Source: Thermoanaerobaculia bacterium (GTDB lineage: Bacteria > Acidobacteriota > Thermoanaerobaculia > Multivoradales > Multivoraceae). From it: a stretch of 48,579 bases of DNA. The translations under genes and the position numbers were made by a program. The stretch spans positions 1-48,579 of the forward strand of contig JANQPS010001117.1 in NCBI GenBank assembly GCA_028285365.1, given 5' to 3'. Under the pieces are notes generated by a model. It did no database searches and was not told the origin of the DNA. It worked only from the letters and a program-made list of their open reading frames with translations. Of the stretch, positions 29,481 through 38,405 are shown piece after piece (positions within the stretch are counted from its first letter, which is position 1; each line of letters begins with the position of its first letter).

Positions 29481-30775
29481 CGCGAGAAAACAGACAGGGC
29501 CGGCGCTCTCTGCACGTTGTGCACGGCTATCCGCACGAGGCTCGGGGAGGCACCGAGAACTATACCGAGTGGCTCACCCGAGCGCTCGTCGAAGCTGGTG
29601 AGCGCCCCACCGTGTTCACACGGAGCGCGGCTCCTGAGCGCTCGGGCACCTTGGTCGAAGGCGTGCACGACGCTGTCCCTGTGGTGCGTTTCGTCAACCA
29701 TTACGACCAACGAAGACCCTGGGTGCGCAACGCCCTGCTCAGTCGATCCGCCGGCGCTGCTTTCGAGCACAGCTTGAGGCGATCGAGACCCCATTTGGTT
29801 CACGTTCACCACCTGTCGGGGCACGCGCTCTCCCTGATGTCCATGGCAAGTCGTAGGCGGGTCAAGACAGTCTTCCAACTTCAGGACTGGTGGCTTGCGT
29901 GCGCGCGAGTCAACCTGCTCGAAGCTGGTCGCAGACCTTGCGACGGTCCCAGCGCCAGGCGGTGCTCGCGCTGTTTTGTCCTCACCAACCTGCCGCCGGC
30001 TCGACTCTGGAACCCTCTGCTGTACGCGCTTCGCGAGTCCCTGGCGAAACGAGCCCTTCGCCGCGCTGACCTCGTCGTCGCAGGCTCTCAGACCATCGTC
30101 GACTGGTTCGACGTGCGAGGTTGGCTGCCTCAGGATACCGACGTCAGAGTCATCCCCTACGGTGTTCCTCCGTTCATTGCGGAAAAAGGCAAGACGGGCG
30201 AAGCAGGCGAAACAGACCGGTGCGCGAGCGCTGGACAAGAGGATCGTTCAGAGACGTTTGTCTTTGGTCTCATCGGTACCGTCATGGCTCACAAAGGCCC
30301 AGCGGTGGCCGCTCGGTTGGTCGAGCGACTGAACGAACGTCACGGAAGCAACGCCGTACGACTCGAGATCTGGGGGGCGTCGACTCAGTCTCCAGAGTTG
30401 GTGGCCGAGCTTCGAGATCGGCCCGGAGTCGACGTGTGTGGACCCTTCGAGGAAGCCGACAAAGAGGCGGTCTTTAGTCGCTTTGATGCGGTGATCGTGC
30501 CTTCGGTAGGTGCCGAGTCATTCGGCATCGTCGGTGTCGAGGCTCAACTGCGAGGAATACCGGTTCTGGCGAGCCGTGCCGGTGCGCTCGAAGAGACCTT
30601 GTCGCGACATGGAGGAGCAGGTTTCTTCGACGTCGGGAATGACGCCCAGATGATCCAGGTCGCCGAGGAACTTCTCTCGGGTAAGCTCCCTCGCGCCACA
30701 GGTCGCCCCAAGCTCTGGAGCCGGCATGTGGAAGAGGTGATGAGCTTGTACGATGAGCTCCTGGCCACTGGCTGA
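29477..30775 (+). CDS. glycosyltransferase family 4 (GT-B)
   Basis: N-terminal HVVHGYPHEARGGTENY and the C-terminal EX7E-type region PSVGAESFGIVGVEAQLRGIPVLASRAGALEE. The GTG start overlaps the upstream stop (GTGA). Confidence 0.85.
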   Translation: MTRENRQGRRSLHVVHGYPHEARGGTENYTEWLTRALVEAGERPTVFTRSAAPERSGTLVEGVHDAVPVVRFVNHYDQRRPWVRNALLSRSAGAAFEHSLRRSRPHLVHVHHLSGHALSLMSMASRRRVKTVFQLQDWWLACARVNLLEAGRRPCDGPSARRCSRCFVLTNLPPARLWNPLLYALRESLAKRALRRADLVVAGSQTIVDWFDVRGWLPQDTDVRVIPYGVPPFIAEKGKTGEAGETDRCASAGQEDRSETFVFGLIGTVMAHKGPAVAARLVERLNERHGSNAVRLEIWGASTQSPELVAELRDRPGVDVCGPFEEADKEAVFSRFDAVIVPSVGAESFGIVGVEAQLRGIPVLASRAGALEETLSRHGGAGFFDVGNDAQMIQVAEELLSGKLPRATGRPKLWSRHVEEVMSLYDELLATG

Positions 30776-30882
30776 GGAGTCGGTCGGGCTGCTTTTCCAG
30801 GACCTGGCCAGAACAGTCGCGCCCGTTGCGCAACCCGCGGGAGTGGCGAGATCGAGACACGCACCCCACCGCGGAACCCCGG

Positions 30883-31656
30883 ATGCATTTTTTGACTTGG
30901 CCCAGTCGGTACGGTGACCTCCTGCGCTACCTGGTTCGGAGGGATCTTGCAGTCCGCTATCGCCGCTCGGCGATCGGCTTCTTGTGGACGATGCTGCAGC
31001 CGCTCATGACGCTCGCCGTCATCTACGTCGTCTTCAGCTACTTGTTCTCCGATCGGCTTCCGGACTATCCGGTTTATGTGCTGAGCGGCTTGCTCTGGTG
31101 GAACTTCGTGTCACAGGGCATCACCTCTGGCATGACGAGCCTGCAGTCGAACAAAGGACTGTTGGTGAATTTCCCGTTGCCTTCTGAGATCTTCGTCATA
31201 TCGGCGACCCTCGCTGGCCTGGTGAATCTGGCGCTTTCCCTGATTCCACTGCTGGTGATCCTGCTCGTGGTCGGGCATCCGATCTCTCCGGCCCTGCTTT
31301 TTCTTCCGGTGTCGATGGCCATAGCGTTCACCGTCGTTCTCGGCCTGAGTCTGGCGCTGGCACCCATGGCGGTGTTTTTCTCGGACGTGGTCGAGCTGAC
31401 CCGCGTCATCCTGCAGATGCTGTACTTCGCTGTTCCCGTGATGTTCCCCGTCTCTATCTTGCCGGAGTCGAAGCAGTGGATCATGACTGCCAACCCGCTC
31501 TATTCGTCGCTGAGGGCTTTTCGGGACCCGATCTATCTCGGACGCTTGCCGGATCTCGAGGCCGTGTTGATCTCGCTGCTGCTCGCGGCTGTTTCGCTGT
31601 CGATTGGGGCCTATTTTCTCGGTCGTTCTCGCAACCAGCTCCACTTTCATCTGTAG
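30883..31656 (+). CDS. wzm: ABC-2 type polysaccharide export permease
   Basis: Typical N-terminus LLRYLVRRDLAVRYRRSAIGFLWTMLQPL and six predicted TM segments. It is directly upstream of the ATPase gene. The start was chosen at ATG 30883, although the ORF opens at 30826. Confidence 0.85.
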   Translation: MHFLTWPSRYGDLLRYLVRRDLAVRYRRSAIGFLWTMLQPLMTLAVIYVVFSYLFSDRLPDYPVYVLSGLLWWNFVSQGITSGMTSLQSNKGLLVNFPLPSEIFVISATLAGLVNLALSLIPLLVILLVVGHPISPALLFLPVSMAIAFTVVLGLSLALAPMAVFFSDVVELTRVILQMLYFAVPVMFPVSILPESKQWIMTANPLYSSLRAFRDPIYLGRLPDLEAVLISLLLAAVSLSIGAYFLGRSRNQLHFHL

Positions 31657-31786
31657 ATCTGGTCTCTGCGGCGCAACCAAGGTCCACATGTACGACATCA
31701 GGAATTCAACACTCGACCCTGGGCAGCAGACCGGCCAGGCTGGACCGAGCACCCGCAACGCGGGCCGGTGTTGAGGGACCACTGCA

Positions 31787-32581
31787 ATGGCTGGTGCCAA
31801 GAGCGTGATTCGCCTGCGGGATGTGTCGGTGTGCTATCGACTCGCCAACCATCGCATTTCGTCTTTCAAGGAGTGGATGATCCAGCTGGTCCGTCGCAAC
31901 TTGCAGCATCGAGACCTCTGGGCGCTCAGCCAGATCGACATCGAGCTCGAGCCGGGTGATCGGCTCGGTGTTCTGGGGCGCAATGGTGCGGGCAAGAGCA
32001 CGTTGCTCAAGGTCATCGGCGGCGTCTTGCGCCCGACGACAGGCAGCGTCGAGGTCGAGGGTCGCCTGGTTCCTCTGCTGGCTCTCGGCACGGGATTCGA
32101 TGCGGAGCTGACGGGTCTCGAGAACATCTACCTGAACGCCCTGCTTCTCGGTCGAAGACGCGCCGAAATCGACGAGCGCGTGCCGGAGATCGTTGCCTTC
32201 TCTGGCCTCGAGGACTTCATTCATGCCCCGATCAGGAACTACTCAGCGGGCATGATCGCTCGCTTGGGGTTCTCCGTCGCCACGGCGTGGCGACCGGACA
32301 TCATCTTGATCGACGAGGTCCTGGCTGTGGGCGATGCCGGTTTCCGGCAGCGTTGTCTCGATCGGCTCGAAGAGCTCTGCGAACGTCGCTGCACGGTCGT
32401 TCTGGTATCGCATTCAGACAACCAGCTGCTCGAAGCCTGCGACCGCGGACTCTGGCTGGACCATGGGCTCTGCCTCGCGGACGGACCGATCGAAGAGGTC
32501 GTTGGTGCCTACCAAGAGGCTCAGTTGCGGCCTGCTCCGGAGGAGACAGGGCTGGAGTCTGAAGCTGCCGATCGGCAATAG
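31787..32581 (+). CDS. wzt: polysaccharide ABC exporter ATP-binding protein (nucleotide-binding domain only)
   Basis: Walker A GRNGAGKSTLLK, a Wzt/TagH-type signature YSAGMIARLGF and Walker B ILIDEVLAVGD. At 264 aa there is no room for a C-terminal carbohydrate-binding domain. Confidence 0.9.
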   Translation: MAGAKSVIRLRDVSVCYRLANHRISSFKEWMIQLVRRNLQHRDLWALSQIDIELEPGDRLGVLGRNGAGKSTLLKVIGGVLRPTTGSVEVEGRLVPLLALGTGFDAELTGLENIYLNALLLGRRRAEIDERVPEIVAFSGLEDFIHAPIRNYSAGMIARLGFSVATAWRPDIILIDEVLAVGDAGFRQRCLDRLEELCERRCTVVLVSHSDNQLLEACDRGLWLDHGLCLADGPIEEVVGAYQEAQLRPAPEETGLESEAADRQ

Positions 32582-32591
32582 TCCCGAAGGG

Positions 32592-33809
32592 CTACTCCAG
32601 GTCGTAGCCAAAATCGGAGAGAGCGTAACCGAAGTTCTCGGTGACGGTCGCTGCAAGCTCCGGCGCGAGCTCACGACGCCACCGGCTGACCGAGCGAGCT
32701 ACCGATTCACTCGTCGTGTGGCTGAGCTCGGCTTCACTTCGGGAATTCGCACGTGCCACGACAGCAGCGATCGTCTCCGGGCTGTCGTCGACGCCGAGGT
32801 ATTGGAAGACGTCAGCCCACACACGCTCCGGCTGGGTGATGAGATCTTCGTACCGGACGACTAGACCCGACGAGCCACGACGACGCCAGGCTTCGTGCAA
32901 CTCTCTCACCCCCGGCAGCACTCGGGCATAGTCTTCGTCGGTTTCGAAGCTCTCGCGGCCAAAGGTCACGACCCCGCGCCTTTCGTTGAAGGCCAGAGTC
33001 GATGTGAGCATGTCCCGGAAGTCCCGGACCAGGAAGATCTCGCGGGCGCCTTCGTACAGGTCGAGCAGCCACGCTTCTCCGCTGAACGGTGTGTGCTTCT
33101 CGGCAAAGTAGCGAGCGTTCGGTCGAGCCATCACCTGAGCGGTCGTTTGGTAGTAGCTCTCGATACATTCCAAGACGTGACGTACCGACGAGCTCACGTG
33201 CCCGGGGGTGAATCTCTCTTCGACCCAGTCCGGCAAGAGCACTGACTCGTCGATCGAGATCGATCGGTGCAAGACCTTCATGAAGTGTTTGGCCATCCGC
33301 ACTTCGTAGGGGAACGTGGGTGTCGTGATGATCTCGGGGTGCTCGAGGAGCCCTTGAAGGGCGAGCGTCGTTCCCGTTCGACCGAGGCTGGTGACGACCA
33401 GCGGAAGCAGGCTCGGTGAGAACTCTGGCTTGTCCTGTCTCACGACTGCCCGAACGGTTGCCACGCGAGTCAGGCTGGATTCGGTTGCCAAGGAGATCTC
33501 GAACTCGAGCGGGCCTGCGCTCACGTGCCCGAGCGCCACTTCATGGACGAAGCCAGCGCGCTCGACCCCCGGCTTACCGGGATAGGCCTGGGCAATGTCG
33601 GGGCGATGCACCACGATGGGTAAAAACGCCTTGTCGAAATCCCAGCCGATGTGAACGGTTCCGACCGGGTCGGGATCGCCGATGGCCCAGCCGCTGAACC
33701 TCACTCTCAGGTGATGACAGATCTGACCTGGCTTCGGAGCGTCTATGCCGAGCGTCAGCCCGGGAATCGTCTGGTCGATGTCGACGTCAACGATCTCGAT
33801 GGCCCACAT
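32592..33809 (-). CDS. putative sulfotransferase with extra N-terminal domain
   Basis: A 5'-PSB-like loop VVTSLGRTGTTL and a 3'-PB-like region LVVRYEDLITQPERVWADVFQYLGV occupy the C-terminal ~270 aa. The first ~130 aa are not recognisable. A strong RBS (GAAGGAGAGG) precedes ATG 33809. Confidence 0.65.
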   Translation of the reverse strand: MWAIEIVDVDIDQTIPGLTLGIDAPKPGQICHHLRVRFSGWAIGDPDPVGTVHIGWDFDKAFLPIVVHRPDIAQAYPGKPGVERAGFVHEVALGHVSAGPLEFEISLATESSLTRVATVRAVVRQDKPEFSPSLLPLVVTSLGRTGTTLALQGLLEHPEIITTPTFPYEVRMAKHFMKVLHRSISIDESVLLPDWVEERFTPGHVSSSVRHVLECIESYYQTTAQVMARPNARYFAEKHTPFSGEAWLLDLYEGAREIFLVRDFRDMLTSTLAFNERRGVVTFGRESFETDEDYARVLPGVRELHEAWRRRGSSGLVVRYEDLITQPERVWADVFQYLGVDDSPETIAAVVARANSRSEAELSHTTSESVARSVSRWRRELAPELAATVTENFGYALSDFGYDLE

Positions 33810-33882
33810 CGTCCCTCTCCTTCTCGATGGCTCTCGAGGATCTCATGCCCTTTGGGCGAAGGAAAGCCGCGCGGGATGAAAG

Positions 33883-33899
33883 GCGAAGCTCGCCTTCGC
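33883..33899 (-). terminator. weak hairpin downstream of the methyltransferase gene
   Basis: Minus strand reads GCGAAG-gcgag-CTTCGC followed by CTTTC. The stem is short and the U-tract poor. Confidence 0.2.
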
Positions 33900-33954
33900 A
33901 CGGTCCCGGTGTCTCAAGCGATCACCGACGAGCCGCGCGCCGTCCAGGCGTCTG

Positions 33955-34701
33955 TCAGCGATGGCGGAAGACGCCGGCCGAGCCGTCGAGATCCCGGTAC
34001 TGGGCAAGAACTTCGTCGTCGCTGGCGTTTGCCGCCACATACCCGCGGTGGTGTTTGGTGAGGTCTTTGACCACGCTGAACTGAGCTTCTTCGACGATCG
34101 CTCGTAGGCCCGCAGCGTTGGGTCCCCACTTGTTTGTGTGGTCGCCGTGGAGTGCTGCGCGGGGGAAAAACTCCATGAGAGGAGTGTTGCTGCTCTGGAG
34201 CTCGGGGTCGACGCAGAGCTGGGTTTCCACGAGCAACGTGCCGCCAGTCTTGGTAACGGCTCGGATTCGATCCAAGGCCAACATCGGGTTGCGCAGGTGA
34301 TAGAGCACGCCGAGGAACAAGACGAGGTCGAAGACCCCATGTTTGTCCGGGTGAAGGTCATAGACGTTGTCGACCAGGTACGTCGTCTTGCTGCCGACCA
34401 GCTCGGATGCGATCGAAAACCCCGTTCGGTCGGGTGGGGCGTAGTCGATGCCGACGACCGTGGCCCCTCGACGCTCGAGCTCAAAAGAGAAAAAGCCGTC
34501 GCGGCAGCCGATGTCGAGAGCCCTGATGCCGCTGCAGTCCGCCGGCAGCCCCATCAGGTCGAGATCCATGAGCGCACGCGGAGAGTCATGGGTTCCCGGA
34601 GTGACGACTCCAGGGGCCACCTCGATCCTGTGATACCAGAACGGATGTTCGGCGATGCGGGCCGTTGCCTCTTCGGGATCGATCGAAGGTCTTGACTCCA
34701 T
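33955..34701 (-). CDS. class I SAM-dependent methyltransferase
   Basis: SAM motif I ALDIGCRDGFFSFEL, post-I acidic residue VVGIDY, and the WYHRIEVAPGVVTPG N-terminal motif typical of CmoB-like/TIGR04290-like methyltransferases. ATG 34701 has AGGAG at -6. Confidence 0.8.
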   Translation of the reverse strand: MESRPSIDPEEATARIAEHPFWYHRIEVAPGVVTPGTHDSPRALMDLDLMGLPADCSGIRALDIGCRDGFFSFELERRGATVVGIDYAPPDRTGFSIASELVGSKTTYLVDNVYDLHPDKHGVFDLVLFLGVLYHLRNPMLALDRIRAVTKTGGTLLVETQLCVDPELQSSNTPLMEFFPRAALHGDHTNKWGPNAAGLRAIVEEAQFSVVKDLTKHHRGYVAANASDDEVLAQYRDLDGSAGVFRHR

Positions 34702-34863
34702 CTGTCGCTCCTGGTCGCCCTGGTGCTCGAATCCGACGAACAGTACTACATCGCGAGATAGTCGACTGCTCCACGTCACCACTCGGCTGTGACCCTCTGG
34801 ACAACTGATTCGTCAGCCGATCAGCCGAGCTCGAGCAGGAAGTCGGGCCCGGATGCCTCGAGC

Positions 34864-36441
34864 TCACGATGAGCCGAGAAGACCCCGCCCTCGGCGACGG
34901 AGCACGGAGCTCAAGCGCGCCCGCAGCGGCAGGGTCTTGCGGACGCGGCGAACCTCGTCTTTAGGGAGGGAGTTGCCCCGGTCACCTTCGAGGGCGATCC
35001 AGTAGGCGAAGCGCTGACGGTCGACGCCTAATGGATCCGGGAAAGACTCTTGGAGATCCGGCCGGTTTTGGTGGAGCTGCATGGCGGGTAGGCTCACGAG
35101 CGGCCGCGCGTCTTCGTCCGGCAGGGGGACCTCGGCCGTCATCTGCGGGTTCTCTGTCTCACGGGTCGGGCTTTGCGTCGCGCTGGGCTGAGATGGCGGC
35201 GCTAGGTCGGCAAGGTATTCGGCGAGCTTCGCCAGAAGGCGCTCATGTGAGGCGCCCGCGAAGCCCAGCTGGCTTGCCGAGACGTCGGTGAACCAGCGCA
35301 GCATTCGCTCTCTCTCGGTGTCGAAGGGATCCGTGATGGCCGCCTGGAGCCCGACGTTTTGCGACCAGTACCACGACACCAGGCGCGGCAAGAGCCGGTC
35401 GTCGAGATCGAGACTCCACTCCCAGAAGCTCTCAGGGCCCAGAGCAAAGGGATCGGTCCACTGCGGCGTATCATCCTCCTGGATGCGAGCTGGATCGCGA
35501 AACCAGCGCCGCAAGATGTCTGGAACGGGCGAGCCATCGTCGAAGACGTCGTAGGCATACGACAGTTTCTGGGTTTTTTCGTGGCCCGCCCTCAGCAGGC
35601 GCCCACGGTAGTCCTCGAAGAGTGGGGTCAGCTGTGGGACGTCGCTCAGGCGAAATCGGTCTTGGTACTTCGAGATCCTGTCGAGGTCGTTGATCTGCAG
35701 GCCGCTGAAGTGAAAAAAGGCCACCGGGGAGCCATTGATCGACGGTACGGCATCGGACAGGTCCACCTGGCGCTCCTGCAGATTCCAGTACGCCACGTTG
35801 TAGCAGGGGTCGCGAGTGATGCAGACCTCCGAGAACAGTGAGGGAACGAGGTCGGCCCACTTCTGATCCACGAAGAGGCCGTTGTGGACCTCATGAACGC
35901 AGAATCGACGAAGGCGGTGATCCCACCAGTCCAGGAACCTCTCGGTCTCGCGACTGCGGGAGATCCCGATGAAGCCGAGGTTGTATGCGCCGGATTGGAG
36001 GAAGGTCTGCTCGCTGGGCAAGAGCTCGTCGTCGAGAGGCTGCAGGATGTGCGGCGTCAGCAAGATGTTGCACGCCTCGAGCCTCCGATAGAGCTGGTCC
36101 AACGGCGACAGAATGAGGATGTCGGGGTCGAAGTAGCAGAGTTGGTCGAACTGTTCGCGGTTGAGGAGGTTGGCGAGTAGCCTGGGCTTGACGGCGGTGC
36201 TCAGCTCGAGGATCGAGTAGCGAAAGGCCAGACTGGGCCATGAGTCGAAGCCGAGGTCCTTCGCGAAGAGAGTCTCGAACGGCTCGGCGTCATAGTCGAG
36301 CATCGGGTTCGGCTCGTCGACGACGAGAGTGAAGAACCGGCCTTGGGGGTGGTGCTCCAAAAAGGAGTTGGCCAGGACCCGCGCGAAGGCGATGTAGTTG
36401 TTGGCGACGATGGTGCACGCCGCTGGTGCGCTCAGACTCAA
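34864..36441 (-). CDS. putative GT-A-fold (GT8-like) glycosyltransferase with long C-terminal extension
   Basis: The N-terminal ~270 aa resemble nucleotide-diphospho-sugar transferases (TIVANNYIAFARVLANSF..., a DxD-like FDPDILI, FFHFSG). The C-terminal ~250 aa are not recognisable. The function call is tentative. Confidence 0.45.
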   Translation of the reverse strand: MSLSAPAACTIVANNYIAFARVLANSFLEHHPQGRFFTLVVDEPNPMLDYDAEPFETLFAKDLGFDSWPSLAFRYSILELSTAVKPRLLANLLNREQFDQLCYFDPDILILSPLDQLYRRLEACNILLTPHILQPLDDELLPSEQTFLQSGAYNLGFIGISRSRETERFLDWWDHRLRRFCVHEVHNGLFVDQKWADLVPSLFSEVCITRDPCYNVAYWNLQERQVDLSDAVPSINGSPVAFFHFSGLQINDLDRISKYQDRFRLSDVPQLTPLFEDYRGRLLRAGHEKTQKLSYAYDVFDDGSPVPDILRRWFRDPARIQEDDTPQWTDPFALGPESFWEWSLDLDDRLLPRLVSWYWSQNVGLQAAITDPFDTERERMLRWFTDVSASQLGFAGASHERLLAKLAEYLADLAPPSQPSATQSPTRETENPQMTAEVPLPDEDARPLVSLPAMQLHQNRPDLQESFPDPLGVDRQRFAYWIALEGDRGNSLPKDEVRRVRKTLPLRARLSSVLRRRGRGLLGSS

Positions 36442-36664
36442 GGGCAGGCTCCGCGGCGGCCCGGGAGTGGTGGTCTAGCCGGTCGTCGGCAGGGTGCTGG
36501 CACAGTGATCTCTCCGCCCCGAGCCTCGTCGCTGACCGACTGGCTGGAACGGCCTGAACGAAGGTTGGAAGGCAAAGGTGCGTTGGTGCGCCGCTACCCT
36601 AACAGCCCCGCAACTCGGTCCGGGTGGTGCTATGGCTGCGGTCTACAGGGGGGAGAGAACGCAA

Positions 36665-36698
36665 GAAGGCGGACCAGCCAGTTGGCCAGCCCGCCTTC
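36665..36698 (-). terminator. candidate intrinsic terminator after the FG-GAP gene pair
   Basis: Minus strand reads GAAGGCGG-(18 nt)-CCGCCTTC followed by TTGCGTTCTC. It lies 65 nt downstream of the stop at 36763. Confidence 0.35.
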
Positions 36699-36762
36699 GA
36701 AGATTCAGAACAAACAACGGCAGTCAGACGGCGCCGTCGCTTCTTCTGTCAGGCAGCGATCG

Positions 36763-37473
36763 TCAGGGCAGGTAGATGTCCCAGACGCCGTCCCGGTTGA
36801 CGAGGATTTCGGCGACGCCGTCACCATCCCAGTCACCAGCCACCGGCGGGCCAGAGTCGGCCAGACCGATGTAGGTGTCGCGAGTCGACACAAAGTCGTC
36901 GAGCTCGAAGTTGCCGGTGGGAGCGGTGCCGGAGAGATAACCCCAGCGCGCCGTTTCGACCGAAGTGCCGTCGCTGTCGAGCCCGGTCAGACCGGTCAGC
37001 TGGACGCCGTCGATCCAGACGTCCAGAACACCGTCGTTGGCGCCAGGTGCAGAGCTCACCTGCCAATCGAACTCGAACGCATGCCAACCGTACTGAATGG
37101 GAAACGGACCCGCGGTTGCCGTACCGCCACCGTCGACGGTGCGAAAGCGTACGCCGTCTGTGGCGAACGTCACCCGCACGACGGGATTGTCCGAGCCGTC
37201 GAGTGCGCGAAAGTTGTCGAACTCGCCAGTGATGGTCGCAGGGGACACGTTGGCGTAGAAGCGGACACGGTAGCGACCCTCGGCGGCCGGGCTGTTGTCT
37301 TGCACGTAGGCCACGGTCGACGTGTTCATGTTGACCTGGAGGCCAAAGTTGCCGGTGTAGGCGGCTTCTGCGACGACGTTGAGCTCAGCGGCGCTCGCGG
37401 GTGCACCGAGAAGGGCACCAAGCACGAGCACAGAGAGACCAACTCCTACCTTCTTAGTCATTTGGATTTTCAT
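36763..37473 (-). CDS. secreted protein, jelly-roll (LamG/concanavalin-like) body plus C-terminal FG-GAP/VCBS repeat
   Basis: Sec signal peptide MKIQMTKKVGVGLSVLVLGALLGAPASA/AE. Beta-rich body with GVLDVWIDG. C-terminal GDWDGDGVAEILVNRDGVWDIY. AGGAAGGA lies 7 nt upstream of the ATG. Confidence 0.7.
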   Translation of the reverse strand: MKIQMTKKVGVGLSVLVLGALLGAPASAAELNVVAEAAYTGNFGLQVNMNTSTVAYVQDNSPAAEGRYRVRFYANVSPATITGEFDNFRALDGSDNPVVRVTFATDGVRFRTVDGGGTATAGPFPIQYGWHAFEFDWQVSSAPGANDGVLDVWIDGVQLTGLTGLDSDGTSVETARWGYLSGTAPTGNFELDDFVSTRDTYIGLADSGPPVAGDWDGDGVAEILVNRDGVWDIYLP

Positions 37474-37504
37474 TGATATGTCCTTCCTGTCTCTCTCGAC
37501 CGGT

Positions 37505-38392
37505 TCATTCCTGGGTCAGCTTCGAAATGAAGCGCTCGTTGCCGACGTTGCCGATCCAGAGTCCGCGATCGAACGTGGGCGCGTCGTCGCTGTAGAGAGT
37601 CAAGGCACCGCTGTTGAACACGGCCGGCTCGACTGATCCATCGCCGTCCCAGTCGATTGGCACCGGCTCTCCACCAGAGGCCGGTCCGGTCCAGAAGTTG
37701 CGGTCCAGTGTTCCAGTGTTGTAGTCGTACTGCCACCAGTTGCCGTTCAAGAAGACGGTCAGGGTGTCGAAGCCGTCACCGTCGAAGTCTGCTCCGAAGG
37801 CGCGCATGGGCGAGCCGGTGAGCGGAGTGCCGCCACCGTCGACGGCCTGGAAGGTGGTCAGAAGAGTTGCCACCGGCTCTGCGGGCGTGAAGACCCTGAA
37901 CGTTGCCGTGCTGGGGCAGAACGTGGCCAGCTCGAGGCCAGCGTCGCCAGTGAAGTTGCCGGTGATGGGCTTGCAGTCAGCCGTGTGGGCTCCGAGCCAC
38001 ATCGCCATGATCGGCGCTGCACCCGGGGTCGGATTGAGCGTCTCGTAGACGTTCCAGACACCCTGGTAGAACCACGACACGTCGTCGAAGCCGTCGCCGG
38101 TGTAGTCGGCGGGCGCCGGATACTTGTCGGCGGTCGTGACCCAGATGCCGCCGAGGTAGCCGGCCGTGCCGGTACCGGTGACGCCACCGCGGTCGAACAT
38201 GTGCCAGGCACCGCCGCAGAGCTTCGACAGCTCGGGGCCGTTCGGAGTCTTGTAGTTGGCTGGCACTGGAATGCATGCAGGATCTGCTGGACCCGACCAG
38301 AGCGAGCCCACCGGCTGCGCGGACGCTGCAGTCGAAAGCAGCCCCAGCACAAGGAGGACCCCGGCCACTTGCCAGGTCTTGTGACTCGTCAT
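37505..38392 (-). CDS. secreted FG-GAP/VCBS-repeat protein
   Basis: ATG 38392 is preceded by GAGG. The signal peptide is MTSHKTWQVAGVLLVLGLLSTAASA/QP. There are at least four repeats of the form xDYTGDGFDDVSWFYQGVWNVY, GNFTGDAGLELATF, ADFDGDGFDTLTVFLNGNWWQY and IDWDGDGSVEPAVFNSGALTLY. Confidence 0.75.
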   Translation of the reverse strand: MTSHKTWQVAGVLLVLGLLSTAASAQPVGSLWSGPADPACIPVPANYKTPNGPELSKLCGGAWHMFDRGGVTGTGTAGYLGGIWVTTADKYPAPADYTGDGFDDVSWFYQGVWNVYETLNPTPGAAPIMAMWLGAHTADCKPITGNFTGDAGLELATFCPSTATFRVFTPAEPVATLLTTFQAVDGGGTPLTGSPMRAFGADFDGDGFDTLTVFLNGNWWQYDYNTGTLDRNFWTGPASGGEPVPIDWDGDGSVEPAVFNSGALTLYSDDAPTFDRGLWIGNVGNERFISKLTQE

Positions 38393-38405
38393 GAGTTCAC
38401 CTCGT

